Under the pieces are notes generated by a model. That model ran no database searches. It was not told where the DNA came from and was given only the letters and a program-made list of their open reading frames with translations. The translations under genes were made by a program, and so were the position numbers. Positions 63,659 to 64,000 of a DNA stretch of 64,000 nt are shown piece after piece (within the stretch, counting starts at the first letter, position 1; every line of letters begins with the position of its first letter). The stretch comes from a virus. The stretch is taken from the IMG/VR virus record IMGVR_UViG_3300048854_000232, positions 96,618 through 160,617 of that record. One strand, 5' to 3'.

Positions 63659-64000
63659 ATGAAAATCCTGCAATACTTCATGTCGCTGCTCCCGTTCTTC
63701 GAGCGCAGCCGCATCTCCGAAGACGTCGACCAGCTGCGAAGCGAACTCCACGACACCCTCCTGCCCGAGTACAAGAAGGCTGCCGCCCTGATGGCTGGTA
63801 AGCAGTTCGTGTCGGCTCCGGCACGTCTGTTCAACGATCTGTTCGCCATGGAACTGCCCGCCTACAAGCGGTTCGGCTTCATCGGTGGCCTGGGCAAGTT
63901 CTTCGAAACCCTGCCGAGCAAGCTCGACGTCATCCAGAGCCTGGTCGATACGGGCTTTGCCAAGGACGTGACCAAGGATGCGATGTCCTATCGTCAGGCC
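63659..64000 (+). CDS. Virion head protein (phiKZ gp90-like), 3'-truncated by the window
   Basis: ATG at 63659, MKILQYFMSLLPFFERSRI…, open to the window end. Confidence 0.7.
   Translation, partial: MKILQYFMSLLPFFERSRISEDVDQLRSELHDTLLPEYKKAAALMAGKQFVSAPARLFNDLFAMELPAYKRFGFIGGLGKFFETLPSKLDVIQSLVDTGFAKDVTKDAMSYRQA

Noticed and set aside
1-64000. CRISPR arrays, tRNA/rRNA genes, IS elements, integrase or reverse transcriptase
   Set aside because: No regularly spaced direct repeats, cloverleafs or such protein motifs were seen by eye; the repeated hairpins are dispersed terminator-like elements.

Overview
This 64-kb window is the conserved core of a GC-rich nucleus-forming jumbo phage (phiKZ-like, Chimalliviridae). 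It encodes PhuZ tubulin, chimallin (ChmA), a split family-B DNA polymerase (two separate genes), four non-virion RNAP subunits, a virion RNAP beta' fragment, ChmC, a PicA/Imp1-like import factor, an SbcD/Mre11 nuclease, an SF2 helicase, head and baseplate structural genes, and accessory islands. Several features are not explained by the ORF track: (1) an ORF-less 421-nt group I intron that splits the catalytic NAD|FDGD motif of the nvRNAP beta' subunit; (2) a ~480-nt closed, multi-stem candidate non-coding RNA directly after phuZ; (3) a tandem array of about nine divergent small paralogs between phuZ and the DNA polymerase; (4) a probable programmed -1 frameshift (T TTT TTT) fusing a baseplate-hub/chaperone-like gene to the next frame; (5) a recurring CGGCATAA-hairpin-TTATGCCG intergenic element and an 18-nt early-promoter motif; (6) an AT-richer free-standing GIY-YIG endonuclease beside the virion RNAP gene. 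phiKZ gp numbers come from synteny, size and motifs recalled from memory, not from database searches.
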